The notes: generated from the sequence alone by a model not told the origin. A stretch of DNA of 64,000 nt from Flavobacteriales bacterium (GCA_041391785.1 JAWKNI010000005.1:107945-171944), one strand, 5' to 3'; positions 1 to 10,999 are shown, counted from the stretch's first letter. Translations and numbers: made by a program.

Positions 1-59
1 ATTATGAGCGTGCCTCGAAATTGAGGGACGAGATCAAGCGACGTGAGGGCACCAACTAG
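1..59 (+). CDS. 3' end of a UVR-domain protein (UvrB-like C-terminus), truncated by window start
   Basis: Frame 3 reads ...YERASKLRDEIKRREGTN* ending at TAG 57-59; 'A(S/R)KLRDEI' resembles the UvrB/UvrC UVR-motif C-terminus. Only 19 codons visible. Confidence 0.4.
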   Translation, partial: YERASKLRDEIKRREGTN

Positions 60-149
60 GTGCGCACAATGCCCGCATCGGTCCTTGGTCGGCACAGGTA
101 CCGTTCCGCCTGCGATAAGTCCTACATTGGCGCAAACTGAACGCTGCGC

Positions 150-1823
150 ATGTCGAACACTGAATCCTGGGGCTCGCGCGTAGGATTGATCCTGGCCATG
201 GCAGGGAACGCCGTGGGGTTGGGGAATTTCCTGCGGTTCCCGGTACAAGCCGTGAACAACGGAGGCGGTGCCTTCATCATTCCCTACCTGGTGTGCTTCC
301 TGCTCATGGGCATCCCCCTGCTATGGATCGAATGGAGCATGGGCCGGTTCGGTGGGCGCAACAACAACCACAGCACCCCCTTCATTTTGGACACCATGAC
401 CAGGCGCCGGTTCTGGAAGTACTTCGGGGTGTTCGGGATCTTCACGAACATTGCAGTGGCGGCCTACTACTGCTACATCGAGAGCTGGACGATGAGCTAC
501 GTGTACCACAGCATCGTGGGCACCTTCGATGGCCTCAGCCAGGTGCAGGTGGCCTCTTTCTTCGATGCTTATGTGGATGTGGGGCACAGTACCACGGGCA
601 TTCCCTATGAGGCGGTGGTGTTCTTCGTGCTGTGCCTGGCCCTGAATACGTGGATCCTCTCCCGCGGCCTTGCCGGTGTGGAGCGTGCCGCGAAGATCGG
701 GATGCCACTGCTCATCCTGTTCGGCATCTTCCTCGCCATTCGCGGGCTTACACTGGGCACCAGTGGAGCGAGTGCCGAAGTGCCCACGGCAAGCGCCTGG
801 GACGGGCTCAATTTCCTCTGGACACCACAGTTCAGCAGCCTGAGCGATCCGAAGGTCTGGCTTGCCGCCGCTGGGCAGATCTTCTTCACGCTCAGTGTCG
901 GGATGGGTACGATACACTGCTACGCCGCTTATGTCCGCAGCAAGGACGACATCGCGTTGAACGCGGTGAGTGCAGGCTTCACGAACGAGTTCGTTGAAGT
1001 GGTGCTGGGCAGCATGGTGGTGATCCCCATCGCTGCCGGCTACCTCGGCCTGGACTGGGTGAAGGAGAATGCAGGCTTCGGCATGGCTTTCCAGACCATG
1101 CCGTTCCTGTTCGAGAAATGGGGACCGATCCTCAGTACCGTTGCCGGGGTCATGTGGTTCGGGCTCCTGTTCTTCGCAGGGATCACCTCAAGCCTGGCGA
1201 TGGGCACACCGTGGATGGGCTTCATGCGCGATGAGTTCAATTGGGACCGGCGGAAAGGTGCATGGAGCTTCGGGCTGATCGTGCTCATCCTCGGCCTGCC
1301 CACCGTCCTGTTCTACAACCAGGGTGTTTTCGGCGAATACGATTACTGGGCCGGGACCGTGGCGCTGGTGGTCTTCGCTTTGGCCGAGACCATTCTCTTC
1401 GCCTGGATCTTCGGCATGGACAAAGGATGGAAGGAACTCCTGAGCGGCTCAGACCTGAAGGTGCCTGGGATCTACCGCTTCATCATCAAGTACATCACAC
1501 CGGCCATGCTCCTGGTGGTCTTTTTGGGTTCGGTGTTCACACCGGCAGGCAATGACTGGACCGGCGCCTTCCAAAGCCTGTTCAGTGGGAACGGCTGGGT
1601 ATTGGACAATTCCTCGATCGTGCTCACCATCGCGAACACCGGCCTGCACGAACAGTTGGCGGGTGCCACCGACCCGGCCGAGATCGTACAACTGAACGAC
1701 CGGTTGTTCTATACCAACCTTGCTCGCGTGCTGCTCGTGCTCACTTTCACGGGCCTTGCGTTGCTCGTGTACATCGCAGCGCGACGCAGGCTGAAGAACG
1801 AAATGGACACCTCGAACGCATGA
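150..1823 (+). CDS. Sodium-dependent transporter, neurotransmitter:sodium symporter (SNF/NSS) family
   Basis: N-terminus WGSRVGLILAMAGNAVGLGNFLRFP...GGGAFIIPYL is the NSS signature; 557 aa multi-TM protein. Confidence 0.9.
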   Translation: MSNTESWGSRVGLILAMAGNAVGLGNFLRFPVQAVNNGGGAFIIPYLVCFLLMGIPLLWIEWSMGRFGGRNNNHSTPFILDTMTRRRFWKYFGVFGIFTNIAVAAYYCYIESWTMSYVYHSIVGTFDGLSQVQVASFFDAYVDVGHSTTGIPYEAVVFFVLCLALNTWILSRGLAGVERAAKIGMPLLILFGIFLAIRGLTLGTSGASAEVPTASAWDGLNFLWTPQFSSLSDPKVWLAAAGQIFFTLSVGMGTIHCYAAYVRSKDDIALNAVSAGFTNEFVEVVLGSMVVIPIAAGYLGLDWVKENAGFGMAFQTMPFLFEKWGPILSTVAGVMWFGLLFFAGITSSLAMGTPWMGFMRDEFNWDRRKGAWSFGLIVLILGLPTVLFYNQGVFGEYDYWAGTVALVVFALAETILFAWIFGMDKGWKELLSGSDLKVPGIYRFIIKYITPAMLLVVFLGSVFTPAGNDWTGAFQSLFSGNGWVLDNSSIVLTIANTGLHEQLAGATDPAEIVQLNDRLFYTNLARVLLVLTFTGLALLVYIAARRRLKNEMDTSNA

Positions 1824-1963
1824 ATACCTCCGCGATCATCCTCATGGCAGGCACGCAGATCACGGTGATCTGTGTTACGGCCTATTTCTTCTACCGCGTC
1901 TTCACCTCTCCCCCGAAGCCCGAACCGGACAGTTATACGGATAACGACCCGGACCCCTCCTAA
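1820..1963 (+). CDS. Small single-TM ORF (47 aa) overlapping NSS stop by ATGA; candidate NSS-transporter small subunit (MetS-like)
   Basis: ATG at 1820 overlaps the TGA of the NSS gene (gcATGAat). Encodes MNTSAIILMAGTQITVICVTAYFFYRVFTSPPKPEPDSYTDNDPDPS*, one hydrophobic helix plus acidic tail. Below the ORF-track size cutoff. Next gene starts 6 nt after its TAA. Confidence 0.45.
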   Translation: MNTSAIILMAGTQITVICVTAYFFYRVFTSPPKPEPDSYTDNDPDPS

Positions 1964-1968
1964 CGGCG

Positions 1969-3048
1969 ATGACACCGGTGGACCAGGATGCCGACAGGTT
2001 CCTCCGCGCATTCAGCATGCGCAAGGTCCTGTTGCCCGTGGCCATCGGCCTGGGCATAACGGGCTTCCTCATCTGGCGCGGCGCGGACCTTGACGCACTG
2101 GAACGTGTGGAATGGACCTGGAACAGCACGTTCTGGATGCTCCTTGCGACATTGAGCGTCGTGGTGCGTGATTACGCGTACATGGCCCGGATCCGCCACC
2201 TTACTGACAAGCAGCTCACGTGGTGGCGCGGGTTCGTGGTCATCATGCTGTGGGAATTCGCATCGGCCCTGGCCCCGGGCATGATCGGTGGCGGTTTCCT
2301 CTTCGCCATCTTCATCCTCACCCGAGAAGGGATCGAGGCGGGCAAGAGCATCACGATCATCACCTTCACATCATTCCTGGACGGCATCTTTCTCGCCGTG
2401 ATGGCCCCCTTGCTTTACTGGATCGTGGGTCGTGATGCGCTCTTCAGTGGGATCGAACCCGAGGATTCCACGATCGGCAGCGGGTTCTTCCTCTCCTTCT
2501 GGACCGTGTATTTCATCATTCTGGGGTACAAGCTGTTCGTAGCGTACGCCCTTTTCGTGAATCCGGTGTTCGTGAAACGTGCCCTGGTAGGGATCTTCTC
2601 CGCCCCGCTGCTGCGCAGATGGCGACGCAACATGGTCACCACGGGCGATCAACTGATCACGGCCGCCAACGGTCTGCGCCGGAAGAAATGGGACTATTGG
2701 TGGCCTGCCCTACTTGCCACGTTCATCTCCTGGACCGCCCGCTACTCCATCGTGAACTGCATCCTGCACGCCTTCCAACCGGGCGCACACCTGAACGATG
2801 TGGTGATCTATGGGAAACAAGTGGTGATGGGCATCATCATCCTGTTGAGCCCCACTCCCGGCGGCAGCGGACTGGCCGAATTCATCTTCAACGATTTCCT
2901 CAGCCTCTTCATCGCCACAGGCCTCGCGCCCGCATTGGCGCTACTCTGGCGCCTCATGAGCTACTATCCGTACATCGTGGTGGGCGTGATCCTGCTGCCC
3001 CGCTGGGTACGCAGGAACATCCTGAGACCGACCACCACCCACGGCTGA
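1969..3048 (+). CDS. Flippase-like / lysylphosphatidylglycerol-synthase-TM-region family membrane protein (UPF0104)
   Basis: Polytopic membrane protein with ...LLSPTPGGSGLAEFIFNDF... motif characteristic of the LPG_synthase_TM/flippase-like family. Confidence 0.65.
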   Translation: MTPVDQDADRFLRAFSMRKVLLPVAIGLGITGFLIWRGADLDALERVEWTWNSTFWMLLATLSVVVRDYAYMARIRHLTDKQLTWWRGFVVIMLWEFASALAPGMIGGGFLFAIFILTREGIEAGKSITIITFTSFLDGIFLAVMAPLLYWIVGRDALFSGIEPEDSTIGSGFFLSFWTVYFIILGYKLFVAYALFVNPVFVKRALVGIFSAPLLRRWRRNMVTTGDQLITAANGLRRKKWDYWWPALLATFISWTARYSIVNCILHAFQPGAHLNDVVIYGKQVVMGIIILLSPTPGGSGLAEFIFNDFLSLFIATGLAPALALLWRLMSYYPYIVVGVILLPRWVRRNILRPTTTHG

Positions 3049-3087
3049 ACGCCGCCACCTTATTTTCCACCGCTGAACGAACGCACG

Positions 3088-4488
3088 ATGCACAGCCCCA
3101 CACCGCTGAAAAGGTCCGCCCGCCGCGCGGCCCTGTTGCTGCCATTGCTCCTTCCGATGCCGGCACTGGCCCAAAGCACGCCGGCCCCGCTCACCGGTCT
3201 TTCCGTGGAGAGCCTTTTTCGCGGGCTCCTTGGAATGGCCTGCATCATCGCGATCGCATGGGTCTTCAGTGCCAAACGAAAGCACGTGGATTGGAAAGTG
3301 GTGGGCATCGGCCTGTTGTTCCAGCTGGTCCTCGCACTGGCCATCCTGTACGTTCCCTTCGTGCAGACGGGGTTCGAACTGGTCGGTAGGCTGTTCGTGA
3401 AGGTGCTGGACTTCACGCGCATCGGAAGCGAGTTCCTGTTCCGCGACCTGATGGATGTGAAGAGCTCGGGGTTCATCTTCGCCCTGCAGATCCTGCCCAC
3501 GATCATCTTCTTCAGCGCACTCACCAGTGTGCTGTTCTACCTGGGCATCATCCAAAAAGTGGTCTACGCCCTGGCCTGGGCCCTCAACCGTACCATGCGC
3601 CTCAGCGGTGCGGAAAGCCTCAGTACGGCAGGCAACATCTTCCTGGGTCAGACCGAGGCACCGCTGATGATCAAAGCCTACCTGGACAAGATGAATCGCT
3701 CCGAGATCTTCCTGGTGATGACCGCAGGCATGGCCACCGTGGCAGGCGGTGTACTGGCCGCTTATGTGAGCTTCCTGGGTGGTGACGACCCGGTGCAGCG
3801 CCTGTTCTTCGCCAAGCACCTGCTCACCGCCAGCGCGATGGCCGCACCGGGGGCCGTGGTGGTGGCCAAGGTGCTCTTCCCCCAGACCGAACCGATCGAG
3901 CAGAAGCTGGAAGTGAGCATGGATCGCGTTGGAAGCAACTTCCTGGATGCCATGAGCAATGGCACCACAGAGGGCTTGAAGCTGGCCGCGAACGTGGGCG
4001 CCATGCTGCTGGTGTTCTTCGCATTCATCGCGATGTTCAACTTCGTCTTCCTGCGGATCGGGAATGCGATCGGCATCAACGATTGGGTGGTGCAGGTCTC
4101 AGACGGGAATTTCCAAGGCTTATCCCTGGAATTCATCCTGGGCTACCTATTCGCCCCGCTGATGTGGCTGATCGGGGTGGCCACGGAGGACATCACGCTG
4201 ACCGGTCGGTTGCTGGGCGAAAAGATCATCGCCAGTGAATTCGTGGGATACGAAAGCCTGGCCACCTTGAAGGCCGAAGGGGCGTTCGCCTACCAACGGA
4301 GCATCGTCATGGCTACGTACATGCTTTGTGGCTTCGCGAATTTCGCCAGCATCGGTATCCAGATCGGGGGCATCGGCTCGCTGGCCCCATCCAAGCGTGC
4401 ATGGCTCAGCGAGTTCGGGTTCAGGGCATTGCTCGGGGGCACCCTGGCCTCGCTCCTGAGTGCCACCATTGTCGGCATGCTGGTGTGA
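3088..4488 (+). CDS. Concentrative nucleoside transporter, NupC/CNT family
   Basis: Motifs GFIFALQILPTIIFFSALTSVLFYLGIIQKVV and C-terminal GxANFASIGIQIGGIG typical of NupC/CNT. Confidence 0.85.
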   Translation: MHSPTPLKRSARRAALLLPLLLPMPALAQSTPAPLTGLSVESLFRGLLGMACIIAIAWVFSAKRKHVDWKVVGIGLLFQLVLALAILYVPFVQTGFELVGRLFVKVLDFTRIGSEFLFRDLMDVKSSGFIFALQILPTIIFFSALTSVLFYLGIIQKVVYALAWALNRTMRLSGAESLSTAGNIFLGQTEAPLMIKAYLDKMNRSEIFLVMTAGMATVAGGVLAAYVSFLGGDDPVQRLFFAKHLLTASAMAAPGAVVVAKVLFPQTEPIEQKLEVSMDRVGSNFLDAMSNGTTEGLKLAANVGAMLLVFFAFIAMFNFVFLRIGNAIGINDWVVQVSDGNFQGLSLEFILGYLFAPLMWLIGVATEDITLTGRLLGEKIIASEFVGYESLATLKAEGAFAYQRSIVMATYMLCGFANFASIGIQIGGIGSLAPSKRAWLSEFGFRALLGGTLASLLSATIVGMLV

Positions 4489-4494
4489 TCGGCA

Positions 4495-5070
4495 ATGCGC
4501 AAGGCGTTCCTCCTCCTTGCGACCGTTGCCGCTGTCCTCGCAGGTGCGCTCTTTTGGAAAAGGTCCGCGACCGGATCTTCACCAACGGAGGCCGGCGCTC
4601 CATTGGACAGTCTTGATGGCGTGGTCGTACGACACAACGATGGCTTCGGCCAGGTGCATGGTCGCAATGTGGTGGACGGATACAATGTGGGCCTTCGCTA
4701 CCAATGTGTCGAATTCGTGAAGCGGTACTATCTGGAGCGCTTCGGGCATCGGATGCCGAACAGTTACGGACATGCGCGTGACTTCTTCGACCGGACCATT
4801 GCGGATGGCGCCATGAACAGTGACAGAGGGCTCCTGCAATTCACCAATGGGAGTGCAGCCCCACCCAAGCGCGGCGACCTTATCGTATTGGACGGGTGGA
4901 AAGGGAACCGCTACGGGCACGTGGCGATCGTGAGTGCTGTGGAGGATGGTGAGGTGGAGGTGATCCAGCAGAACACGCGCAGCACACGGGCACATTACGA
5001 CCTGGACCTTGTCGCTGGAAAATGGCGGATCGATCATGACCGTATCCTCGGCTGGTTGCGCATTCCCTGA
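4495..5070 (+). CDS. Secreted CHAP-domain protein (Cys/His amidohydrolase/peptidase)
   Basis: Signal peptide; catalytic-type Cys in YQCVEFVKRYY and His in GHVAIVSAV with GDLIVLDGWKGN...; CHAP-like architecture. Confidence 0.65.
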   Translation: MRKAFLLLATVAAVLAGALFWKRSATGSSPTEAGAPLDSLDGVVVRHNDGFGQVHGRNVVDGYNVGLRYQCVEFVKRYYLERFGHRMPNSYGHARDFFDRTIADGAMNSDRGLLQFTNGSAAPPKRGDLIVLDGWKGNRYGHVAIVSAVEDGEVEVIQQNTRSTRAHYDLDLVAGKWRIDHDRILGWLRIP

Positions 5071-5141
5071 CCCCGGCGCACGGCGATCGCACCGGGAATG
5101 TCCCCCGCGAAAAGAGGGAACCTACTTTTGGCCCTCGTTGC

Positions 5142-6554
5142 ATGGACGGACCGTGGTATAGGACGCTGCCGATACGGGTGCAGCAATACGTCTGGGCGCA
5201 GCTCGAAAGGGTCCGCCAATGGGTATTGCACAGCAACGCGAAGAATTTCGTGCTGCTTGCGCTACCCTACCAGATCAGCGCGATCCTCACCGCTTTGGTG
5301 GCCGTGGGCTACACCAAACTGTTCCAATGGGCGCACCACTGGAACAGCGCTGCGATCGTGGACACCCCGGAGCTGATCTTCCTCAGCGCACCCATCGCCT
5401 TCATCCTCAGCTGGTGGATGGTCCGGTTCTTCTCCCCCATGGCCGGTGGCAGCGGCATACCGCAGTTGATCGCCGCGGTGGAGACCGGTAATGATGAGGA
5501 AAGGAACGATGGCAGCTGGCGGTTCCTGAACCTGCGCATCATCATCGTGAAGATCGTGGCCAGCGTGACCCTGGTACTTGGTGGTGGCGCCATCGGCCGG
5601 GAAGGTCCCACCCTGCAGATCGCGGGTAGCATCTACCGCACGGTGCACAAGCTGCTACCGCCCTTCTGGCCGAAGGTGAGCCGCAAGGTGATGATGGTGA
5701 CCGGCGGTGCGGCGGGGTTGAGCGCTGCCTTCAACACCCCGCTGGGCGGGATCGTTTTCGCCATCGAGGAACTCACGCGAACACACATCGCCAAGTTCCG
5801 CACTGCGGTGCTCAGCTCCGTGATCCTGAGCGGGATGACCGCCCAGTGGTTGCTCGGCCCCTACTTGCTCTTCGGGTACCCCAAGGTGGCCACTGTCGGC
5901 ATCTCGTTCATGTACAAGCTGCTGGCCATAAGCCTTGTCTGCGGAGCCATCGGCGCCATCTCCTGCCGGGGCATGCTGGTGCTCGATCGCCTGCGCCAAC
6001 GGATCAAAGGCTGGACCCCGCAGATGTTCTTCGTCCTTGGCTGCTCGCTCATCTTCGCGACCATCGTATGGACCTTCGGGCCCACTTCGCTGGGCAGTGG
6101 AGAGGCACTGCTGGACAGCTACCTCTTCGACCCTTATCCGGACCCGACCATCGGCAATGCGTTCGGCCGCGTGCTGGGCAACATGTTCACCATGGGCGGT
6201 GGTGGCGCCGGTGGCATCTTCGCTCCTTCGCTCAGTTCCGGTGCGGCGATCGGTGGCCTGCTCGGCTCCTGGTTCGGTGTGGAGCGCGGTGAACTGAACA
6301 TGATGATCCTCGGCGGCATGTGCGCCTTTCTGACGGGCGTCACGCGATCCCCTTTCACAAGCGCGATCCTGGTGCTGGAGATGACCGACCGCCATAGTGT
6401 GATCTTCCAACTGATGTATGCCTCGATGATCGCCTCGGTCGTGGCGCATACGATCGACAACCGGTCGGTATACGACCGCATGAAGAGCCGGATCCTGGAA
6501 CAGACGCGCACACTGCAGCGCGACACCACCGCATCGGCCGAGGGTCGCCCTTGA
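5142..6554 (+). CDS. ClC family voltage-gated chloride channel / H+-Cl- antiporter
   Basis: [14 protein letters not shown] and [23 protein letters not shown] selectivity-filter motifs of ClC proteins. Confidence 0.85.
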   Translation: MDGPWYRTLPIRVQQYVWAQLERVRQWVLHSNAKNFVLLALPYQISAILTALVAVGYTKLFQWAHHWNSAAIVDTPELIFLSAPIAFILSWWMVRFFSPMAGGSGIPQLIAAVETGNDEERNDGSWRFLNLRIIIVKIVASVTLVLGGGAIGREGPTLQIAGSIYRTVHKLLPPFWPKVSRKVMMVTGGAAGLSAAFNTPLGGIVFAIEELTRTHIAKFRTAVLSSVILSGMTAQWLLGPYLLFGYPKVATVGISFMYKLLAISLVCGAIGAISCRGMLVLDRLRQRIKGWTPQMFFVLGCSLIFATIVWTFGPTSLGSGEALLDSYLFDPYPDPTIGNAFGRVLGNMFTMGGGGAGGIFAPSLSSGAAIGGLLGSWFGVERGELNMMILGGMCAFLTGVTRSPFTSAILVLEMTDRHSVIFQLMYASMIASVVAHTIDNRSVYDRMKSRILEQTRTLQRDTTASAEGRP

Positions 6555-6595
6555 CCCGCTGCGGGGAAGTACCTTCGTCAGCGCATCCACTCCCC

Positions 6596-7390
6596 ATGAA
6601 ACAATACCACGACCTCCTGCGCCACATCCTGGACAACGGAGTGCGCAAGGAGGACCGCACCGGCACAGGCACCCTGAGCTGTTTCGGCCACCAGATGCGG
6701 TTCGATCTTGCGGAAGGCTTCCCGCTGCTCACCACCAAGAAACTCCATACCCGTAGCATCATCCATGAACTGCTCTGGTTCCTGAAGGGCGACACCAACA
6801 TCGCATACCTGCAGGAGAACGGAGTGCGGATCTGGGACGAGTGGGCCGATGCCAACGGTGACCTGGGGCCGGTATATGGCTACCAGTGGCGTTCCTGGGC
6901 CACCCCGGACGGTCGCACGATCGACCAGATCAGTGACCTGGTGGCCATGATCAAGAAGAACCCGGACAGCCGACGCCTCATCGTCAGCGCCTGGAACCCG
7001 GCTGACGTGCCGAACATGGCACTGCCCCCCTGCCACTGCCTCTTCCAGTTCTACGTGGCGGAAGGAAAACTGAGCTGTCAGTTGTACCAGCGCAGTGCGG
7101 ACACATTTCTCGGTGTGCCCTTCAACATCGCCAGTTACGCACTGCTCACGATGATGGTGGCGCAGGTGTGCGGGCTGCTACCGGGGGAGTTCATCCATAC
7201 GTTCGGCGACGTGCATCTGTACCTGGACCACCTGGAGCAGGCACGGCTGCAATTGACGCGGGAATGCCGCCCACTCCCCCGCATGGAGATCGACCCCACC
7301 GTAACGGACCTGTTCGACTTCCGCTTCGAGCATTTCACGCTGCACGACTACGATCCTCACCCGCACATCAAAGCCGCCGTGTCGGTATGA
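6596..7390 (+). CDS. thyA: Thymidylate synthase
   Basis: [38 protein letters not shown]... ~264 aa; canonical ThyA. ORF-track start 6551 is likely too long. Confidence 0.95.
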   Translation: MKQYHDLLRHILDNGVRKEDRTGTGTLSCFGHQMRFDLAEGFPLLTTKKLHTRSIIHELLWFLKGDTNIAYLQENGVRIWDEWADANGDLGPVYGYQWRSWATPDGRTIDQISDLVAMIKKNPDSRRLIVSAWNPADVPNMALPPCHCLFQFYVAEGKLSCQLYQRSADTFLGVPFNIASYALLTMMVAQVCGLLPGEFIHTFGDVHLYLDHLEQARLQLTRECRPLPRMEIDPTVTDLFDFRFEHFTLHDYDPHPHIKAAVSV

Positions 7391-7896
7391 TCGTCTCAGC
7401 CATCGCCGCGGTCGCGGACAACGGTGTGATCGGCCGCGATGCCGACCTGCCTTGGAACCTGCCTGATGACATGCGGTACTTCCAACGCACTACGCGCGGC
7501 CACCACATCATCACCGGGCGCAAGAACTACGAGAGCATCCCCCTCAAATACAGGCCCCTGAAGGACAGGGTGAACCTGGTCGTGACCCGCAATGCCGCAT
7601 ACCAGGCACCGGGCGCCAAGGTGGTGGGGTCCCTCACGGAAGCGTTGGATGAGGCTCGTGCGGCCGGCGAGAAAGAGGTTTTCGTGATCGGTGGCGGTGA
7701 GATATTCGGCCAAGCCTTGCAGCATGATATCGTGGACCTGTTGTACCTGACCCTGGTGCATGCCGAAGTGCCCGGCGATGTTCATTTCCCGATCGTGGAC
7801 CCTGCGGATTGGAGCGAGCGGAGCCGCATCCATCATGAAGCGGATGACACACATGCATACCCCTTCAGCTTTGTGATCCTGGAACGCAGGCGTTGA
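7387..7896 (+). CDS. folA: Dihydrofolate reductase
   Basis: [36 protein letters not shown]...; ATG overlaps thyA TGA (ATGA). 169 aa. Confidence 0.9.
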   Translation: MIVSAIAAVADNGVIGRDADLPWNLPDDMRYFQRTTRGHHIITGRKNYESIPLKYRPLKDRVNLVVTRNAAYQAPGAKVVGSLTEALDEARAAGEKEVFVIGGGEIFGQALQHDIVDLLYLTLVHAEVPGDVHFPIVDPADWSERSRIHHEADDTHAYPFSFVILERRR

Positions 7897-7940
7897 ACCT
7901 TGGCACGAAGAATGCATCCAAGGCAGTAGAACCCTTTCTC

Positions 7941-8729
7941 ATGAGCATCCTCAAGAACCTTCTCCCTTTCCTGGCCATGGCGGTCACCTTGGCCGCCTGT
8001 CGGAAGGAAAGCGACACCTCCCCCACGGATCGGGACTACGTCGTTGCGGTCGACAACAGCCGGGCGGAACAGTACTTCAACGATGCGTTGAAACTGAGCG
8101 ACGCCGCCTACAAGGACCTGGATCTGCCTTGCGCCGTCTCCGTCACCCTGGACACCGTGGCAAACCCGCATACCCTGCTCATCGATCTCGGTCCCACCAA
8201 CTGTACCGCAGCGGACGGGTGGGCACGCCGCGGGCGCCTGCTCGTCTCCTTCACCGGAGCGTACCGGGCTCCGGGTACGGTGATCACCATCACACCGCAG
8301 GATTACTACGTGCAGGACCACCATGTGCAGGGTACCAAGACCGTGACCAACGGCGGCACGAACGGCAACGGCCAGACCTACTTCACGGTGGCCGTGGATG
8401 GGACGGTCACGGCACCGGATGGCAGCTGGACGAGCTCACACCACTACGAACGGACCCGGACATGGGTCGCCGGCGAAGGCACCTTGAACCTGCTGGACGA
8501 CGTGTACCTGATCACCGGCGGCGGCAATGGCGTCAATCGGAACGGTCTGGCATTCACCCTGAACATCACCTCGCCCCTGCGCGTGGAAGTGGGCTGCCCA
8601 TGGATCGTGAGCGGAGTGGAACAGATCACCCCGGCGAACAGCGCCGTGCGCACCGTTGACTTCGGGAATGGTGCATGCGACGCGCAAGTGAGCGTTACCG
8701 TCAACGGCTTCACGTTCACCTTCGGCTGA
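7941..8729 (+). CDS. Hypothetical lipoprotein
   Basis: MSILKNLLPFLAMAVTLAAC lipobox; no recognisable domain. Confidence 0.5.
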   Translation: MSILKNLLPFLAMAVTLAACRKESDTSPTDRDYVVAVDNSRAEQYFNDALKLSDAAYKDLDLPCAVSVTLDTVANPHTLLIDLGPTNCTAADGWARRGRLLVSFTGAYRAPGTVITITPQDYYVQDHHVQGTKTVTNGGTNGNGQTYFTVAVDGTVTAPDGSWTSSHHYERTRTWVAGEGTLNLLDDVYLITGGGNGVNRNGLAFTLNITSPLRVEVGCPWIVSGVEQITPANSAVRTVDFGNGACDAQVSVTVNGFTFTFG

Positions 8730-8748
8730 CCATGATCCGCCTCCAGTG

Positions 8749-8779
8749 AAAGGCCCATGATAGGGCCTTTCTTGTTTTC
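8749..8779 (+). terminator. Rho-independent terminator candidate
   Basis: aaaGGCCCatgataGGGCCtttcttgtttt immediately after lipoprotein stop. Confidence 0.5.
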
Positions 8780-9005
8780 CGGCAGGTACCGTTCCTCATG
8801 CGTGCAGCAGTTCAAGCTCCGGCCCGGATGCCGCGCCCGACAAGGCGTTGCGCCCGCTTCCCAGGCAAACCGTTCATCCCACTCGTTGCCGTTCATCACG
8901 TTCCCGTTGTGCCCGGGATGGGGCCGGGCTAGCTTGCCTTGCCTTGCGGCGATCCCCAGCGATCGACCCGTAGAACACAACCCGCCCGCTGATCCCTTCG
9001 ACCCG

Positions 9006-10133
9006 ATGTCGTATTTCTCCCGTACCCCGATCAGCTACCGCTACATCCTGATCACCGGCGGCGTACTGGCCACGCTCTTCCTGTTCCAGGCGTACATGCA
9101 CTTCTACGTGTACCAGGATGTGAAGGAGATGGGTGAGTTCAACTGGTGGCGCGAAGCACCTGTACCGTACCTGAACTTCCTGTTCTGGGCACTCCTCTGC
9201 CCACTCGTGTACTCCATCTTCAAGAAATGGCCCTTCCAGGGCGGATCGACCTTCCGCCTGGTCCTGATCCACTTGGGCCTCAGCATCCTCATCGCGGGGC
9301 TTCACGAGGTCGTCACCTCGGCGATCTACTACAGCATCCTTGCACGCATGGGGGATTTCGACTTCTCCGACCCCATTTACCGGAGCTGGGCCTACCACGC
9401 GCTCGTGCCCGCCATTTTCACACGCACCATGGAATACTGGGTGCTCATGGGCGTGCTGATCGCCCTGGACAATGCCCGGTTGCGCAGGCTGGAGCACGAG
9501 CAACTGTTGAAGCTGCGCACGGAACTGCAGATCAGCCAGCTCAACGCGCTGAAGAAACAACTCCAGCCGCATTTCCTGTTCAACACCCTGAACACCGTGA
9601 GCGCACTCATGGATGAGGAGGTGCGCGACGCCCGCAAGGTGTTGAGCCGATTGGGCCAGTTGCTGCGCATGACGTTGGAGAAGACGCAGCGCGACAAGGT
9701 CCGGCTGGAACGTGAGGTGGATTACATCGAGAACTACCTGGGGATCGAATCCGTGCGGTTCAGGGACCGGTTGCACGTGACCTACGACATACCGCTGGAC
9801 CTTCAAGGTGTGATGGTGCCGAGCATGGTACTGCAACCGCTCGTCGAGAACGCCATCAAACACGGAACGGACGAGAACAACGAGACCGTTGCTATCGCGA
9901 TCGAGGCCAGCCGCCAGGGCGATTCCATCCTGCTCTCCGTCGCGGACAACGGCAAAGGCTGCGCAGACCCCACGAAGGCCATGGATACTGGAGGGATCGG
10001 CCTGCGCAACGTGCGCGACCGCATCAACCTGCTTTACGGGGATGCGGCCTCCTTCTCCATCCATTCCCCCGGGGCGAAAGGATTCCGGGTGGAGATCATG
10101 CTCCCGATCGAACGAAATGAACCTGCACCATGA
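9006..10133 (+). CDS. Sensor histidine kinase, LytS/YehU-like (His_kinase internal region + HATPase_c) with membrane sensor
   Basis: QLNALKKQLQPHFLFNTLNTVSALM (PF06580-type) and C-terminal ATPase G-boxes; ~4 TM N-terminus. Start chosen at ATG 9006 (MSYFSRT), upstream part of track ORF judged noncoding. Confidence 0.8.
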   Translation: MSYFSRTPISYRYILITGGVLATLFLFQAYMHFYVYQDVKEMGEFNWWREAPVPYLNFLFWALLCPLVYSIFKKWPFQGGSTFRLVLIHLGLSILIAGLHEVVTSAIYYSILARMGDFDFSDPIYRSWAYHALVPAIFTRTMEYWVLMGVLIALDNARLRRLEHEQLLKLRTELQISQLNALKKQLQPHFLFNTLNTVSALMDEEVRDARKVLSRLGQLLRMTLEKTQRDKVRLEREVDYIENYLGIESVRFRDRLHVTYDIPLDLQGVMVPSMVLQPLVENAIKHGTDENNETVAIAIEASRQGDSILLSVADNGKGCADPTKAMDTGGIGLRNVRDRINLLYGDAASFSIHSPGAKGFRVEIMLPIERNEPAP

Positions 10134-10906
10134 AACACATACGCACCATCATCGTCGATGACGAACCCGCGGCCCGCACCCGCATCGCGCGCCTGCTTTC
10201 CCAGGACCCGGAAGTGGAACTCGTGACCGAGTGCCGGAACGGCCAGGAGGCTGTCGAAGCCGTGAACAAGCACCGTCCGGACCTGCTCTTCATGGACATG
10301 CAGATGCCGCAGATGAACGGCCTCGAAGCCGTGCAGCGCATCCAGAACGATCGCATGCCCTTCGTGGTATTCGTCACCGCACATGACCAGTACGCATTGC
10401 AGGCGTTCGATGTGAACGCGGTGGACTACCTCCTGAAGCCGTATGACGACGACCGGTTCCACTCTTCACTGGAAAAGGCGAAAAGGCACCTGGACATGCG
10501 CATGAACAGCAAGCTGACCGGCAAACTGCTGGACCTGATGCGCGAGCACATGCATGCCAAGAGCGAGTACACCGAAACGTTCGTCATCAAGGAGAAAGGT
10601 CGCGAGCACAAAGTGGCCGTGGACGACATCCATTACCTGCGCGCCGAAGGCAACTACCTGTGCCTTCAACTGAAGGAACGCCACTTCCTGCACCGCATGA
10701 CCATGAATGCTGTGGAGAGCGAATTGGACCCGGCTCGTTTCCTGCGCATCCACCGCAGCTACATCGTGAACATCGCGCACATGCGCAATGCCCGATACAG
10801 CGGCAACAACGAGTTCATCTTCACCATGGCGAATGGAGAGCGCATCGTGAGCGGCCGCAGTTACAAGGAACACATCGCCAAAGCGCTCCAGGAACAGACC
10901 GCTTGA
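10130..10906 (+). CDS. LytTR-family response regulator
   Basis: Receiver domain IIVDDEP...DLLFMDMQMP plus C-terminal LytTR DNA-binding domain; ATGA overlap with the kinase. Confidence 0.9.
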   Translation: MKHIRTIIVDDEPAARTRIARLLSQDPEVELVTECRNGQEAVEAVNKHRPDLLFMDMQMPQMNGLEAVQRIQNDRMPFVVFVTAHDQYALQAFDVNAVDYLLKPYDDDRFHSSLEKAKRHLDMRMNSKLTGKLLDLMREHMHAKSEYTETFVIKEKGREHKVAVDDIHYLRAEGNYLCLQLKERHFLHRMTMNAVESELDPARFLRIHRSYIVNIAHMRNARYSGNNEFIFTMANGERIVSGRSYKEHIAKALQEQTA

Positions 10907-10999
10907 GCGGACCACCATTCACCCCTGATCGCACGGACCCGCAACGCGAACCATTGACCTCATCCGATCACGACCGACTTCCGCACAAATCCCCTCATC

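Noticed and set aside
6596-7896. thyA-folA ATGA overlap as something unusual
   Set aside because: Common, well-known arrangement. Ordinary.
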